Source: an uncultured Phycisphaerales bacterium (GTDB lineage: Bacteria; Planctomycetota; Phycisphaerae; Tepidisphaerales; Tepidisphaeraceae). Taken from it: 64,000 nt of DNA. Position numbers and translations under genes: made by a program. This document shows, piece by piece, positions 53,740-64,000 of this stretch (positions are counted from its first letter, which is position 1; every line of letters begins with the position of its first letter). The notes beneath the pieces were generated by a model, which saw only the letters and a list, made by a program, of their open reading frames with translations, did no database searches and had not been told where the DNA came from. The stretch lies in assembly GCA_963792535.1 (NCBI GenBank), contig CAWBWQ010000001.1:64001-128000 (forward strand). Reading direction: 5' to 3'.

Positions 53740-54999
53740 TCAAAACCGCATCGTGTCGAACAGGCTCTGGTTGCTCTTGTGTTTACCGAGTGCTTCGATA
53801 AGCGATTTCATCGCTCCGGCGGGCGGCATATTCATCAGGTGCCGGCGGATACCGCGCGTGCTGGCGAGTTCCTTGGGGGTCAGCAGCTTTTCTTCTTTGC
53901 GCGTGCCGGATGAAGCAATGTCGATCGCGGGATACATGCGCTGGTTTGCCAGGTTGCGGTCCAGGGTCAATTCCATATTGCCGGTGCCTTTGAATTCCTC
54001 AAAGATGACTTGATCCATGCGTGATCCGGTGTCGATCAGGCAGGTGGCAAGGATGGTGAGGCTGCCGCCGTTTTCGATTTTCCGCGCAGCGCCGAACAGC
54101 TTCTTGGGAATTTCCAATGCGCGGTTGTCCAGCCCGCCGCTCATCGTGCGGCCTCCGCTTGGTCCGCCGGCGTTAAACGCGCGGCCAACGCGCGTCAGAG
54201 AATCCATCAGCACCACGATGTTCTGTCCGAACTCCACCTTGCGCTTGCAGCGCTCGATCACCAGCTGAGCCAGATCCAGGTGCTTGTCGATGGTATTGTC
54301 GTTGCTGGATGCGTAGACCGTTCCGGGAATGTTTCGGCGCATGTCGGTGACTTCTTCGGGCCGTTCATCAACCAGAAGCAGGACCAGTTCGACATTGGGG
54401 TAATTGTGGGCAATTCCCTTGGCCATGTTCTGCAGCAGAATCGTTTTACCCGTGCGCGGCGGAGCCACGATCAGCCCGCGCTGACCAAAACCAATGGGTG
54501 TTAAAATATCGATGACCCGGGTGGTCAATTCCGCCGGGTCGTGCTCGAGTTTGAGCACCGGCTCGGGATCCATTGCGGTCGCGTCGTACAGCGGAATAGT
54601 GCTGGTATATTCATCTACGGTATGACCTTCGATCGCGTCGATCTTGCCCAGCGATTTGCCGCTGGGGATCCCCTTGAGCAGAAGCCCCGGGCGAAGATTG
54701 AGCTCGCGGATCACGCTGCGCGGCACGATGATATTGCCCCGCGCGGGACGAAGCGGATGGGCCGGATCGCGCAGCGTGCCATCAGATCGGTCGTCGGCGA
54801 TGGACAAAAGTCCCTCGGCGATGCCGTCAATGAGCGGGGCGGCAACGACTTCTTCGCGTCGCTGGCCATTGGACCCACCATTGTTGCGGTGGTTGTGATT
54901 ACGAGACTGGCCTTGGCGGTTTCCAGCGGGATTTTGCCCGTTGGCCCGACCGGTGGCAGGTCGATTGGAGCGGTCGCGAAACCGCCGGCGGTCATTCAT
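53740..54999 (-). CDS. rho: transcription termination factor Rho (short form)
   Basis: GQRGLIVAPPRTGKT, DERPEEVTD, DSLTR, GGSLTILAT, FEEFKGTGNMEL, SGTRKEE. Confidence 0.95.
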   Translation of the reverse strand: MNDRRRFRDRSNRPATGRANGQNPAGNRQGQSRNHNHRNNGGSNGQRREEVVAAPLIDGIAEGLLSIADDRSDGTLRDPAHPLRPARGNIIVPRSVIRELNLRPGLLLKGIPSGKSLGKIDAIEGHTVDEYTSTIPLYDATAMDPEPVLKLEHDPAELTTRVIDILTPIGFGQRGLIVAPPRTGKTILLQNMAKGIAHNYPNVELVLLLVDERPEEVTDMRRNIPGTVYASSNDNTIDKHLDLAQLVIERCKRKVEFGQNIVVLMDSLTRVGRAFNAGGPSGGRTMSGGLDNRALEIPKKLFGAARKIENGGSLTILATCLIDTGSRMDQVIFEEFKGTGNMELTLDRNLANQRMYPAIDIASSGTRKEEKLLTPKELASTRGIRRHLMNMPPAGAMKSLIEALGKHKSNQSLFDTMRF

Positions 55000-55226
55000 C
55001 TGTGTACCTTTGTCGCCGTGACGCGGGCAAAAGCCTCGCGTAACTCACGTGCGGCTATGATTGGAAATATCCCGCCGCGCCCAGCGAACTGGACAGCATC
55101 CACATCAAACCCATGGGGATTTGATCGAAGGATTCCGATGCGGGATGGATCGGAGTCCGAAAAAGTCTCGGACCTGGATACCCTCGTTGACTACAGTACC
55201 ATAGCCAAAAACTTAGCGGAGTAAAG

Positions 55227-55661
55227 ATGGATCTATTAACACAATTGCAAAATGACATGAAGCTGGCCATGAAATCTGGTCAGAAGGATCGCCTGGGCGT
55301 CATTCGGATGCTCATCAGCGACGTCAAAGTAATCGACCTGCAGCCCAGCAAACCGACTGCCGAGCAGGCAGTGGAATCGTATGCGAAAAAGCTACGGAAA
55401 AGCGTCGACGAATACCAGAAACTCGACAAGCCCGATGAAGTTGCCAAGCTGAAGTATGAGCTTGGGGTGGTGGAAGAATACCTGCCCAAAAAAGCCTCTA
55501 CCGGGGACACTGAGTCGCTGGTCGAGCAGTTCCTTGCTGCTCATAATTTTACGGAAAAACAGACCGGTCAGGCGATGGGGGCGTTTATGAAGGCCCATGG
55601 GAAGGAAGTAGATCCCGCCATTGCAAACGCTTTGCTACGCAGCCGACTGGCGGGCAAATAA
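55227..55661 (+). CDS. GatB/YqeY domain protein
   Basis: DMKLAMKSGQKDRLGVIRM, EEYLPK, GQAMG. Confidence 0.88.
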   Translation: MDLLTQLQNDMKLAMKSGQKDRLGVIRMLISDVKVIDLQPSKPTAEQAVESYAKKLRKSVDEYQKLDKPDEVAKLKYELGVVEEYLPKKASTGDTESLVEQFLAAHNFTEKQTGQAMGAFMKAHGKEVDPAIANALLRSRLAGK

Positions 55662-55702
55662 CATCGGTATTGCTAGTGCAACGCATAAATTAAGGAAGAA
55701 TC

Positions 55703-56188
<486 letters not shown>

Positions 56189-56349
56189 CCGGCGCTATGC
56201 CGCTCGATCCATTCACGAAATCGAGAGTGGTTCCTGAAATTTTCTGGTCCCATAACCCCTTTCGATCCGATGTAAAATCTGTTATGGAACTAGCGGTTTC
56301 CGAAGGATCGGAAACCCAGCCGCGCTGCAAACAAAAAGGAGTATTTCCA

Positions 56350-56577
56350 ATGGCCAAGAAGATCACAGAAATCAAGTCCAAGAAGCCCGCCGCCAAGGCA
56401 GCTGTCAGCACCCCGGTGCGAAACAGCGCTATCCCGAAGGTGGCGGCGAAGAAGCCGATCGAAATCACGTTCGATCTGATCGCCCGGCGGGCGTTTGAAA
56501 TCCACGCCTCGGGCAAAGGCGGTTCCGAAAGCGACAACTGGTTCGCAGCCGAACGCGAACTCCGCGCCGGTCTGTAA
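56350..56577 (+). CDS. DUF2934 domain small protein with K/A-rich N-terminus
   Basis: AAGGAG RBS; IARRAFEI...DNWFAAEREL. Confidence 0.85.
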   Translation: MAKKITEIKSKKPAAKAAVSTPVRNSAIPKVAAKKPIEITFDLIARRAFEIHASGKGGSESDNWFAAERELRAGL

Positions 56578-56600
56578 GCGCCTCGGGGCTGCAATTAATC

Positions 56601-56667
56601 TGTCGGTGGTCAGTGGTCCGTTGTATGCCAACCGCATGTACAACGGACCACTGGCGACGGACAACTG
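56601..56667. repeat. heptamer-built palindrome (may act as a terminator)
   Basis: Perfect 15-bp stem cagtggtccgttgta (56611-25) / tacaacggaccactg (56639-53), extended by 7-nt units tgtcggt/ggtcagt/ggtccgt. Confidence 0.8.
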
Positions 56668-56691
56668 TTATTCCACCGGCTACAATGGCCC

Positions 56692-57375
56692 ATGTCCGAC
56701 CACCGGAACGACGATTTGCCAGCATCTTCTCCGGCGATTCCGCTGTTTCCGTTGCCCAACGTCGTTTTGTTTCCCCGGGCAATCCTTCCGCTGCATATAT
56801 TTGAAGAACGGTACAAGGTGATGACCGCCGATGCATTGTCGGGCGGGAAAAAAATCGCCATGGCGTTGCTGCGTCCCGGCTGGGAAAAGAATTACGACGG
56901 CGCGGCCGCCATCGAACCGGTCGTCTGTATCGGCAGCATCCTGGCTCATGAACAACTGGATGACGGCAGATACAATCTGCTTCTGCAGGGGGTGGCCCGC
57001 GCAACAGTTGTTCGCGAAGTGACCCTCCGCCCGTATCGAACCGCTCAACTGCAGACCCTGGCCGAACCCGCCTCTATGGAGATCGATCTGTGTAACCAGC
57101 GCCGCCAGCTGGTTTCGATCTTCAGCAACGGGCGCTTCAGCAGTGTTCCACTTTGCCAGAAATTTCTGGAAATGCTAAACAGTCACCTTTCCACCAGCGA
57201 CATCGCGGATCTGATAAGCTTTAACCTGATTGATGACGTGCAGGTGAAACAGCAGTTGCTGGCTGAGCCCGATCCATGCCGGCGGGCTGAGCGCGTGGCC
57301 CTGCTGCTGGAGCGCCTGCAGATTCTTCCCGGTTGGACCGCCGACCAGGATGCGGAAAAAACCAGCTCGAATTGA
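56692..57375 (+). CDS. LON peptidase substrate-binding domain protein
   Basis: IPLFPLPNVVLFP...PLHIFEERY, DGRYNLLLQG. Confidence 0.9.
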   Translation: MSDHRNDDLPASSPAIPLFPLPNVVLFPRAILPLHIFEERYKVMTADALSGGKKIAMALLRPGWEKNYDGAAAIEPVVCIGSILAHEQLDDGRYNLLLQGVARATVVREVTLRPYRTAQLQTLAEPASMEIDLCNQRRQLVSIFSNGRFSSVPLCQKFLEMLNSHLSTSDIADLISFNLIDDVQVKQQLLAEPDPCRRAERVALLLERLQILPGWTADQDAEKTSSN

Positions 57376-57382
57376 ACCTGCC

Positions 57383-60180
57383 ATGCAAGACGAGGATCTG
57401 CTGCGACGGCTGAATGAGGTTGAATCGCGCCTTCTCCACATGGAGGCGTTGCTGGGGATTCGTTCCCGTCAGATTCCCGCGCACTTAAAGACTGTTGAGC
57501 CTTCCAGGCCGATTGCCGATCAACCGCATCACGCGCCGCCTCCGATTCCGCCGATGTCAGCGCGCAGGCAGCATGCCATCCAGCCCGCCGGCGAAGGTCA
57601 CAGTTGATGATGCTCCCCAACCCGTCCTGGATTTTGACGAGATACTCCCTGATGTCCCTGATGCTGATCGAAAATCACCCCTGCCCGTGGCGGCGGTGAC
57701 TGTTTCTTATCCGTCGCCGGATCGAAAACCAACGAACGACCGGGCCGCCCTGGAGCAAACGATCGGCTTAAAATGGGCCGGTTGGATTGGGGCCGTGATC
57801 CTGGCGCTGGGGGCATCGTTTGGAATCAAGTTCGGGTACGAGCAGGGATGGTTCGGATTTGTTACGCCTTCTGTTCGCGTGATGATGCTCGCGCTGGGCG
57901 GGTTTGCCTTGATCGGTACCGGCGAATGGATCTATCGCAAAGTCGACAAGCTGGCGGCGGTGGGGCTGTTCGGCGCGGGCGTCGCCGTGCTGTTTGTCGT
58001 GAGCTACGCAGGGTATGGGTATTTGCACGCGTTCAGTAATGAAACGGCATTTATTCTCATGGGCGTTTCATCGGTGATTGGAACACTTGTCGCGCGACGC
58101 GGCGGGTTTGTCTCCATCGCGGTGTTGTCGCTGATCGGCGGTAATCTGGCGCCGGCAGTATTGAGCAACGCAAACACTCAGATCGTCGCATTCCTCGGTT
58201 ATCTTCTTCTGCTGCAACTCGTTGCATTATCGCTGGCGGCGTGGGGGGCAAACCCCAAATGGTGGACGCTGCGCGGGCTGAGTTTTGCCACTATTGCTGC
58301 CTGGGTTCTGGGCCTTCACGGTGTGTCGCCTCATCAGACGATCGCGATCTTCGTGATCATTTTTGCCGCTCTGTTCCAGGCCGAGCTTGTTTTCTCCGCG
58401 CGGCGATCGCGTCTTAACGGCGCGTCGGCGGGGGTGGTCTTCAGCATCCTGGTAACAGCCTGGTTGACCGCCGAACTGCTGTTCCTTCTCAATGCAAACA
58501 CAACAGCCCTGCGTTTGACTTGCGTATTAGGGATGGCCGGTGTCGCCGCTATCGGCGCTACTGCATGCTTTGGGACTGCCAGGGAATCAACGGCGCTTCG
58601 CACGTTGGCGATCGGGTACCTGCTGCAGTCGCTTGCATTGGTTGTTGTTGCGGTTCCGATCGCGCTGTCGGGGATTTGGATCTCCGCGTCGTGGGGAATT
58701 CTTGCGATCGTATTGGTCGTCGCGGGATATATTCTTGATATACCTGCGGGCCGGTACGCCGCAGCAGGAGTCTGGGCACTGGCTGTCGGTGAATTTGCGC
58801 TCTGGACCCTGCCGCAAATTGCGGGGTTCGATCGCCTTCGCGTCGGTTTCACGCTGAATTTTGTTGTCTTTCCCGCTTACCTGGTCATGGGATGGAGCCT
58901 GGCGATCGCGGGGCAGCTAGTTGCGCAGCTGATGAAAGAGAAACGTAGTCGTGCCATCAGCGGGCAACTCCTGTTAGCGGCGCTTGCGCTGAGCATTGCA
59001 GCGAGCGGGCTTTGGATAACCGCCTCCCTGGAAGCACTGCCGCCACTTAGCGCCACGCTGTCATTGGTATTGCTCGCCTGGATTCTTTTCAGCGCGAGCC
59101 TGCTCAATGAAGATGGGAACCTATCCCTCCAGGCGTCGGTCATTCTCGTCTTGACGACCGCAAAATGGGCTCTTGCCGATACGCTGCTCGCTCGATTTTC
59201 ACACACCTGGGATCCCGGCGACCAGATGCCTTTCCTGACCCCGGGCATCGGTGTGGCGTCACTTCTTGCAGTCTCGCTATGGAGTTTTCACGCGCTGCTT
59301 CGGGCGGACAATCCAACACTGGCTTTGAGTCGCCGCGCTGGGCTCGAACGTGCTTCCGTTGCTGGTGCTGGTTTGGGCCGGAAGTTTTGAGATCGATCGG
59401 GTCGCCGACCGTTTAATTCCACCGGCTGCGATGGGAATCGGTGCCTGGCAATGGAAGCAGTTGCTGTGGACATCCTGGTGGACGCTTAGCAGCGGTGGCT
59501 ATCTGCTGGTGATGCATTGGTTTTCTAAACGCGAGCCGGCATCGCAGGCGTCGCTGCTGGACCGGGTTTGGAAGCTTTCCGCAGCCATCACGCTTAAATT
59601 TGTAGTGATAGATCTTCTGTTCTTCCGGATCAGCCAATCACCACTGGCAAGCCCGGTTCTTACCGGTCCGCGTACCCTTGTCGGCACGGTGGTGGTGGGG
59701 TGCTTGATCCTGGTTCACTGGTTGATGGCCGGTCCCGCCTCATCTCGATCGATCCATCCGTCAGCGCGCGCCTGGATGCTTGGACTAGCGGTTGCAACCT
59801 TTTTTGTATTGGGGTCCATCGACATTGATCAGGCATTTATCAACAACAAGATTGGTTCCACAGGATGGTTTACGAATCCTCAGCACGCCGAGCAGGTAGC
59901 GCTGTCGATCTTCTGGTCGGTATTTGCCATCGCCTCGGTGGTGAGCGGGTTTGTATCGAATACAGCGTCGCTGCGCTACGTTGGGCTCGCGCTATTTGCA
60001 GTCGTGATACTGAAGGTGTTGATCGTCGATTCGCGCGAGATCAGCACCGGGTATCGCATCCTGTCGTCGATCGGCCTGGGTTTGCTTTTACTGGGAACCA
60101 GCGTTTTATATGGAAAACTGACTCCAAAACACGCAGCGTCCGATCAATTGCCCGGTGAGGAACCCGGTCGCGTTTTCTAA
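57383..60180 (+). CDS. DUF2339 domain large membrane protein (apparent frameshifts ~57562, ~59335)
   Basis: LEQTIGLKWAGWIG...FGIKFGYEQGW; many TMs; C-terminal LRYVGLALF...KVLIVD...YRILS. Confidence 0.85.
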
Positions 60181-60236
60181 ACTTGCCAGCCCGCGCCGCT
60201 CTACTTACCATCCGCATACAAGTGCGAGGAGCTACT

Positions 60237-61535
60237 ATGTTGCGTCGCTGGATGGTTAGCGGGCTTTGCGTCGGATTGCTTGCCTCTGCGTTGCTGGCCA
60301 AGCCGGGGGTTGTCACCGATCGCCACGGGCAGACATTCAAAGGCGACGTCACCGAAGACGACAAGTATGTTTATATTCAAGGCGCCGGCGGGCAGATTCG
60401 CCTGGATAAGCGCAACGCGACCATCACCTACGCCGACACGATTGATACGCAATACAAGGCGCGTTACGCCAAGCTGGCCCCCAATGACGTGCAGGGCCGG
60501 ATCGACCTCGCGCAGTGGGCCAATGCCAATCAGCGTGCCGACATTGCCGTAGCAGTGCTTCGCGAAGCGCGCAAGATCGATCCGATGAACAAAGATGCCG
60601 CCCGCGCGCTGGACGCAGCCGAGCAGCAGTTAGACATGGATCAGGCGGGGGTTCCAAAAGCCCACGCGCCCGCAGTGGTTACCACGGCCCCGAGTGGTAC
60701 GGCACCTACTACCCAGACGACGGCCGCCGCACCTGAAATTCCCAAAGTCCGGCGACTGCTCACCATGGATGAAATCAACATCATCCGCCAGAAAGAGATG
60801 CAGCAGGACGATCCGAAAATTAGAGTCCGCCTTGAAAACGGCGTTGTACGCCGCTATCTCGCCACCGGCGACCATGATCCCGCCGAGTTCGCGAAATTGA
60901 CGCCTCAGGCCCAGGCGGCGGAAATCCTCGCGCACGGCGACGCTAAAATGTCCAAGGACGTTCACATACTTACAGACCCTGCGGCTATTGCCGAATATCG
61001 AACAAAGGTTCAACCGCTGATCGCCAACGGATGCGCCAGCACCGCCTGTCATGGTGGGACCAAGGCCGGCGATTTTGCCCTGTATTCTGGTGATTCCACC
61101 AGCGCGGCTTATACCAATTTTTATACCCTCTTCGGCTACTCCCTCGCCGTCGACGGTGTCCGCTACCTCGCTCTGGATCGCGACACCCCCGAGCGTTCCT
61201 TGGTGTTGCAGTATGGGTTGCCCCGTGCCGACGGTAAACCACCGCATCCCAAGGTGGCCAACTGGCGTGCTCGATTCAAATCTACCAGCGACCCCGCGTA
61301 TGACACGATCTCAAGCTGGATGACCAAGTCGCTTAGCGTGATGCAGCCGGAGTATGGAATCCAGGTCGCCGTTCGTCTGCCGGTGGCCGCGAGCGAGCCT
61401 GCCGCTGCGGGTTCCGCGCCTTTGTCGGCGCCACTGCCCGCCGCGTCGGGGGAAGCCCCTTCGCCTGCGCAGCCGATTACTCCGGTGCTCCCGTTCCATC
61501 CCGATCATTCGCCGAAGGTGAATCCCGACAAATAA
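60237..61535 (+). CDS. secreted protein with TPR-like segment and CxxxxCH motif
   Basis: GAGGAG RBS; signal peptide; LAQWA...DPMNKDA; GCASTACHGG; PERSLVLQY; Pro-rich tail. Confidence 0.75.
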   Translation: MLRRWMVSGLCVGLLASALLAKPGVVTDRHGQTFKGDVTEDDKYVYIQGAGGQIRLDKRNATITYADTIDTQYKARYAKLAPNDVQGRIDLAQWANANQRADIAVAVLREARKIDPMNKDAARALDAAEQQLDMDQAGVPKAHAPAVVTTAPSGTAPTTQTTAAAPEIPKVRRLLTMDEINIIRQKEMQQDDPKIRVRLENGVVRRYLATGDHDPAEFAKLTPQAQAAEILAHGDAKMSKDVHILTDPAAIAEYRTKVQPLIANGCASTACHGGTKAGDFALYSGDSTSAAYTNFYTLFGYSLAVDGVRYLALDRDTPERSLVLQYGLPRADGKPPHPKVANWRARFKSTSDPAYDTISSWMTKSLSVMQPEYGIQVAVRLPVAASEPAAAGSAPLSAPLPAASGEAPSPAQPITPVLPFHPDHSPKVNPDK

Positions 61536-61548
61536 CGGAATCGATTGA

Positions 61549-61971
61549 ATGCCACCGATTGATTTGCTCTGCGGACTTCTGCTGCTTACCGCCGGGGCGG
61601 CGGTGTTCTACCGGCAATGGCATCGCCGCGAGCAGGCGATCTACCAGCAGTTGGCGGCAGAGCATCAAATGCACTACAGCCCCCGCGATCCACTTCGGCT
61701 CACCCCGCGCGTGGCTGCCCAGATTCCTCTGCCCGGCGCATCGGCCGTACGCGTAGTCGACCTGCTGTATCGCACAGACGATCGCTTTCATTACTATGTG
61801 TTTACCGCCGAATACACCGTGGGTGTAGCGGGTCCAAAGCACCGCGTCCGTCGTGCCGCGGCCTTTACCGAGAGCAAATCCACCAGCGCCGCGCCGAGCA
61901 CGATCCGCATGGCGCGACCTGAAATCTCGCTGATCGAGCAATATAAATCACTGATCGCTGACTTCGGATAG
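61549..61971 (+). CDS. hypothetical protein with N-terminal membrane anchor
   Basis: Follows the previous gene closely; N-terminal TM. Confidence 0.65.
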   Translation: MPPIDLLCGLLLLTAGAAVFYRQWHRREQAIYQQLAAEHQMHYSPRDPLRLTPRVAAQIPLPGASAVRVVDLLYRTDDRFHYYVFTAEYTVGVAGPKHRVRRAAAFTESKSTSAAPSTIRMARPEISLIEQYKSLIADFG

Positions 61972-62024
61972 TAGACCGCAACCCCCGAGTTGATCGGTAA
62001 TAGGTCCCACGCGTTGCCAGGTTA

Positions 62025-63086
62025 TTACCGCACTGGCGATTCTGCTGAGGCGCCCAGTCGGTATTCGGTGACCTGCCTGTATATTTCGCCTGGTTTTAAC
62101 AGGCAGGTTGGAAAATGATGCTGGTTGACCGCATCCGGGAATTTCTGAGCTTCAAACGCAAAGCCTGATTGTCTGGCGTAAGCAACCCCGTCTTTGCCCT
62201 TGAAAGCGCCGGATAAAAAATTACCGCTATAGAACTGCATGCCGGGTTCGGTCGTCCATACTTCCATCCAGCGACCAGTTTGGGGCTCGTAGATTTCAGC
62301 TGCTTTTGCGAGCGTTCCATCCTGGCTGTTCAGCACCAGGTTATGGTCGTATCCCGCGGGGTTGCCGGTCATCGACTGCATGTCCTGGCCGATGGGTTTG
62401 GCGGTGGTGAAATCGATGGGAGTGCCTGCCACCGGGGCGACCTCGCCGGTGGGAATTTGCGTCTCATCCACCGGTGTGTACGCATTGGCGTAGAGCTTCA
62501 AAATGTGCGAACCAATGCCCGATTTTCCTCCGTCTTTCAGGTTCCAGTACGAGTGATTGGTGAGATTGATCGGGGTGGTCTGGTCGGTGGTGGCGGTGTA
62601 ATCGATACGAATGGTGCTGGTGTTGGTCAGCGTAAAAATGACACTAACCTCCACGGTGCCGGGAAATCCTTCGGCCCCGTCCGGATCTGTCAGTGAAAAT
62701 TTGAGGGACGTTCCATCAGAAGACGCGATTTCTTCAACAGTCCAGATTCGCTTGTCGTACCCCCGCAGCCCGCCGTGCAGTGAGTTTGAGCCGTTGTTAA
62801 TGGCGGTCTGGTAATTTTTCCCATCAACCGTGTACGCACCTTTTGCGATGCGGTTTGCCACCCGACCTACAGTGCAGCCGAAATACGGACTGTCTTTTTC
62901 ATAGCCCGCGAGGTCGTCGAACCCAAGCACGATGTCCTGAAGATTTCCATTTTTGTCGGGCACAATGACGCGCGTGATCGTAGCCCCGTAGTTGATCAGG
63001 TCGACAACCGCCCCCTGATGATTAGAGAGCGTGAATTGATCGACAGGCTCGCCGCCGGCGGTTATGCCGAATGGTTTTGTTTTCAA
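62025..63086 (-). CDS. galM: aldose 1-epimerase (galactose mutarotase)
   Basis: YFGCTVGRVANRI, SLHGG, NLTNHSYWNL, GYDHN, QFYSGNFL, FAFEAQKFPDAVN. Confidence 0.93.
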   Translation of the reverse strand: MKTKPFGITAGGEPVDQFTLSNHQGAVVDLINYGATITRVIVPDKNGNLQDIVLGFDDLAGYEKDSPYFGCTVGRVANRIAKGAYTVDGKNYQTAINNGSNSLHGGLRGYDKRIWTVEEIASSDGTSLKFSLTDPDGAEGFPGTVEVSVIFTLTNTSTIRIDYTATTDQTTPINLTNHSYWNLKDGGKSGIGSHILKLYANAYTPVDETQIPTGEVAPVAGTPIDFTTAKPIGQDMQSMTGNPAGYDHNLVLNSQDGTLAKAAEIYEPQTGRWMEVWTTEPGMQFYSGNFLSGAFKGKDGVAYARQSGFAFEAQKFPDAVNQHHFPTCLLKPGEIYRQVTEYRLGASAESPVR

Positions 63087-63111
63087 AGGAACTCCGGGGG
63101 TTACTATTATT

Positions 63112-63888
63112 TCATGCAGAGATCGTCGACAAATCGACAGCGCTCATGCTGACCGAAGTCGTCGTCGCCGGCGAGACAACCGGCGCGGGCGTTTGATTCT
63201 TATTCATCCCCTGGACGAGCAGCGTGATAACCGCTGCCAGGGCCGCGATGGAAAGCACGATCGCCACGGTTAACAGCCAGGTAAAGCGTTGTGCCTGCTT
63301 GTGCATCATCCGTTCGAGCTGACCGTCGCGTTTTTCGATGTTGTCGCGAACCTGTTCCAGGACCTGCGCGCTGGCGCTGGAGTTTTTGCTCACCGTCTGC
63401 ATGGCTGACCCGACGCTGGATAGATTTTCAGAAATGTTTTTATTCTGCTCGGCCACGTCTTCCACCCGCGACCTGACATCTTCCACCACCTTGCGTTGCT
63501 CATTGTCGTTGTCGGCCAGCTTGCCAAGGATTTCACCGATCAAATTCTGCTGAGTGGTCTGCTGTTCCAGTCTGGCACTGATGGCTTTCAGCGATTCGAC
63601 CTGCAGCCGGTTGGTTTCCGGGATCCCTTCGATCGCCTTGGGCAAATGGGAAAGATATTGAAGCAATTCGTCCTGGCGGCGACCCTGGTCGTTCAGGTTA
63701 TCCTTAATGGTGCTCATCAGGTCAGTAAGGGTATTGAATCCTTCCTGCAGGTTTGCAACCGCCTGGTCGCGTTTGTTCAGCGGGCGCAGCAGAGAGCCTT
63801 GGCCGGGAACAATCTCACTGCCGGGCGCTTTGTCCCGCTTAAACCACGATCCGATGCGGGCCATGAACCCAGGTGATTCATCACTCAT
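63112..63888 (-). CDS. coiled-coil protein with C-terminal TM
   Basis: GGAG RBS; heptad Q/E-rich body; TM WLLTVAIVLSIAALAAVITLLV. Confidence 0.75.
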   Translation of the reverse strand: MSDESPGFMARIGSWFKRDKAPGSEIVPGQGSLLRPLNKRDQAVANLQEGFNTLTDLMSTIKDNLNDQGRRQDELLQYLSHLPKAIEGIPETNRLQVESLKAISARLEQQTTQQNLIGEILGKLADNDNEQRKVVEDVRSRVEDVAEQNKNISENLSSVGSAMQTVSKNSSASAQVLEQVRDNIEKRDGQLERMMHKQAQRFTWLLTVAIVLSIAALAAVITLLVQGMNKNQTPAPVVSPATTTSVSMSAVDLSTISA

Positions 63889-63918
63889 TAGTTGCTCCGA
63901 GGGAGTATTTTTGGCGGT

Positions 63919-63947
63919 TTGACATGGTCCGTGGACAAATCTACCAT
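63919..63947 (+). promoter_or_regulatory. sigma70-type promoter pointing out of the window
   Basis: TTGACA-N17-TACCAT; overlaps a minus-strand TTGACC-N16-TAGATT that could drive 63888. Confidence 0.6.
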
Positions 63948-64000
63948 CCGCGCGCGTGGGGTCAACGAAAGTCGAAATCTGTTTTGCCGCTGAATGATAA

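Overview
GC-rich bacterial chromosome segment, most likely a planctomycete (inferred from LEPR-XLL secreted proteins, the MoxR/DUF58/BatA-vWA/prenyltransferase-repeat operon, a short Rho and a CxxxxCH protein). Layout: (1) 1-19.9 kb core-like genes, including a minus-strand MoxR-vWA operon, an RNase HII-like gene, membrane proteins and dedA. (2) About 20-44.6 kb, an accessory region downstream of a minus-strand tRNA-Pro(CGG) at 44635-44708. It holds secreted LEPR-XLL proteins, a CheB/CheB/CheBR-PAS-kinase module with small stress-type proteins, a GH38, YdeI, an ArsR-SRPBCC-DHFR operon and a GlxA/NmrA module. (3) 44.8-64 kb core genes (bioD, bioA, pcm, recG, flippase, rho, yqeY, bcp, DUF2339, galM). 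The most striking structure is that the tRNA-Pro 3' end recurs as direct repeats at 40882 and 37405, with a possible degenerate copy near 34.73 kb. The two clear copies are followed by a shared arm reading RGDxTxVELF. An inverted T-arm-like copy lies about 145 bp from two of the cores. This looks like a tandem array of integrase-less, tRNA-anchored cassettes. Also seen: a family of short-unit (7-8 nt) palindromic elements, one of them in frame inside the DUF58 gene, and a 77-bp gene-end duplication bracketing an inserted gene. About 22 apparent frameshifts occur, roughly 19 of them at or next to GCGC, which suggests methylation-linked long-read errors rather than pseudogenes. All calls were made by eye; no searches were run.
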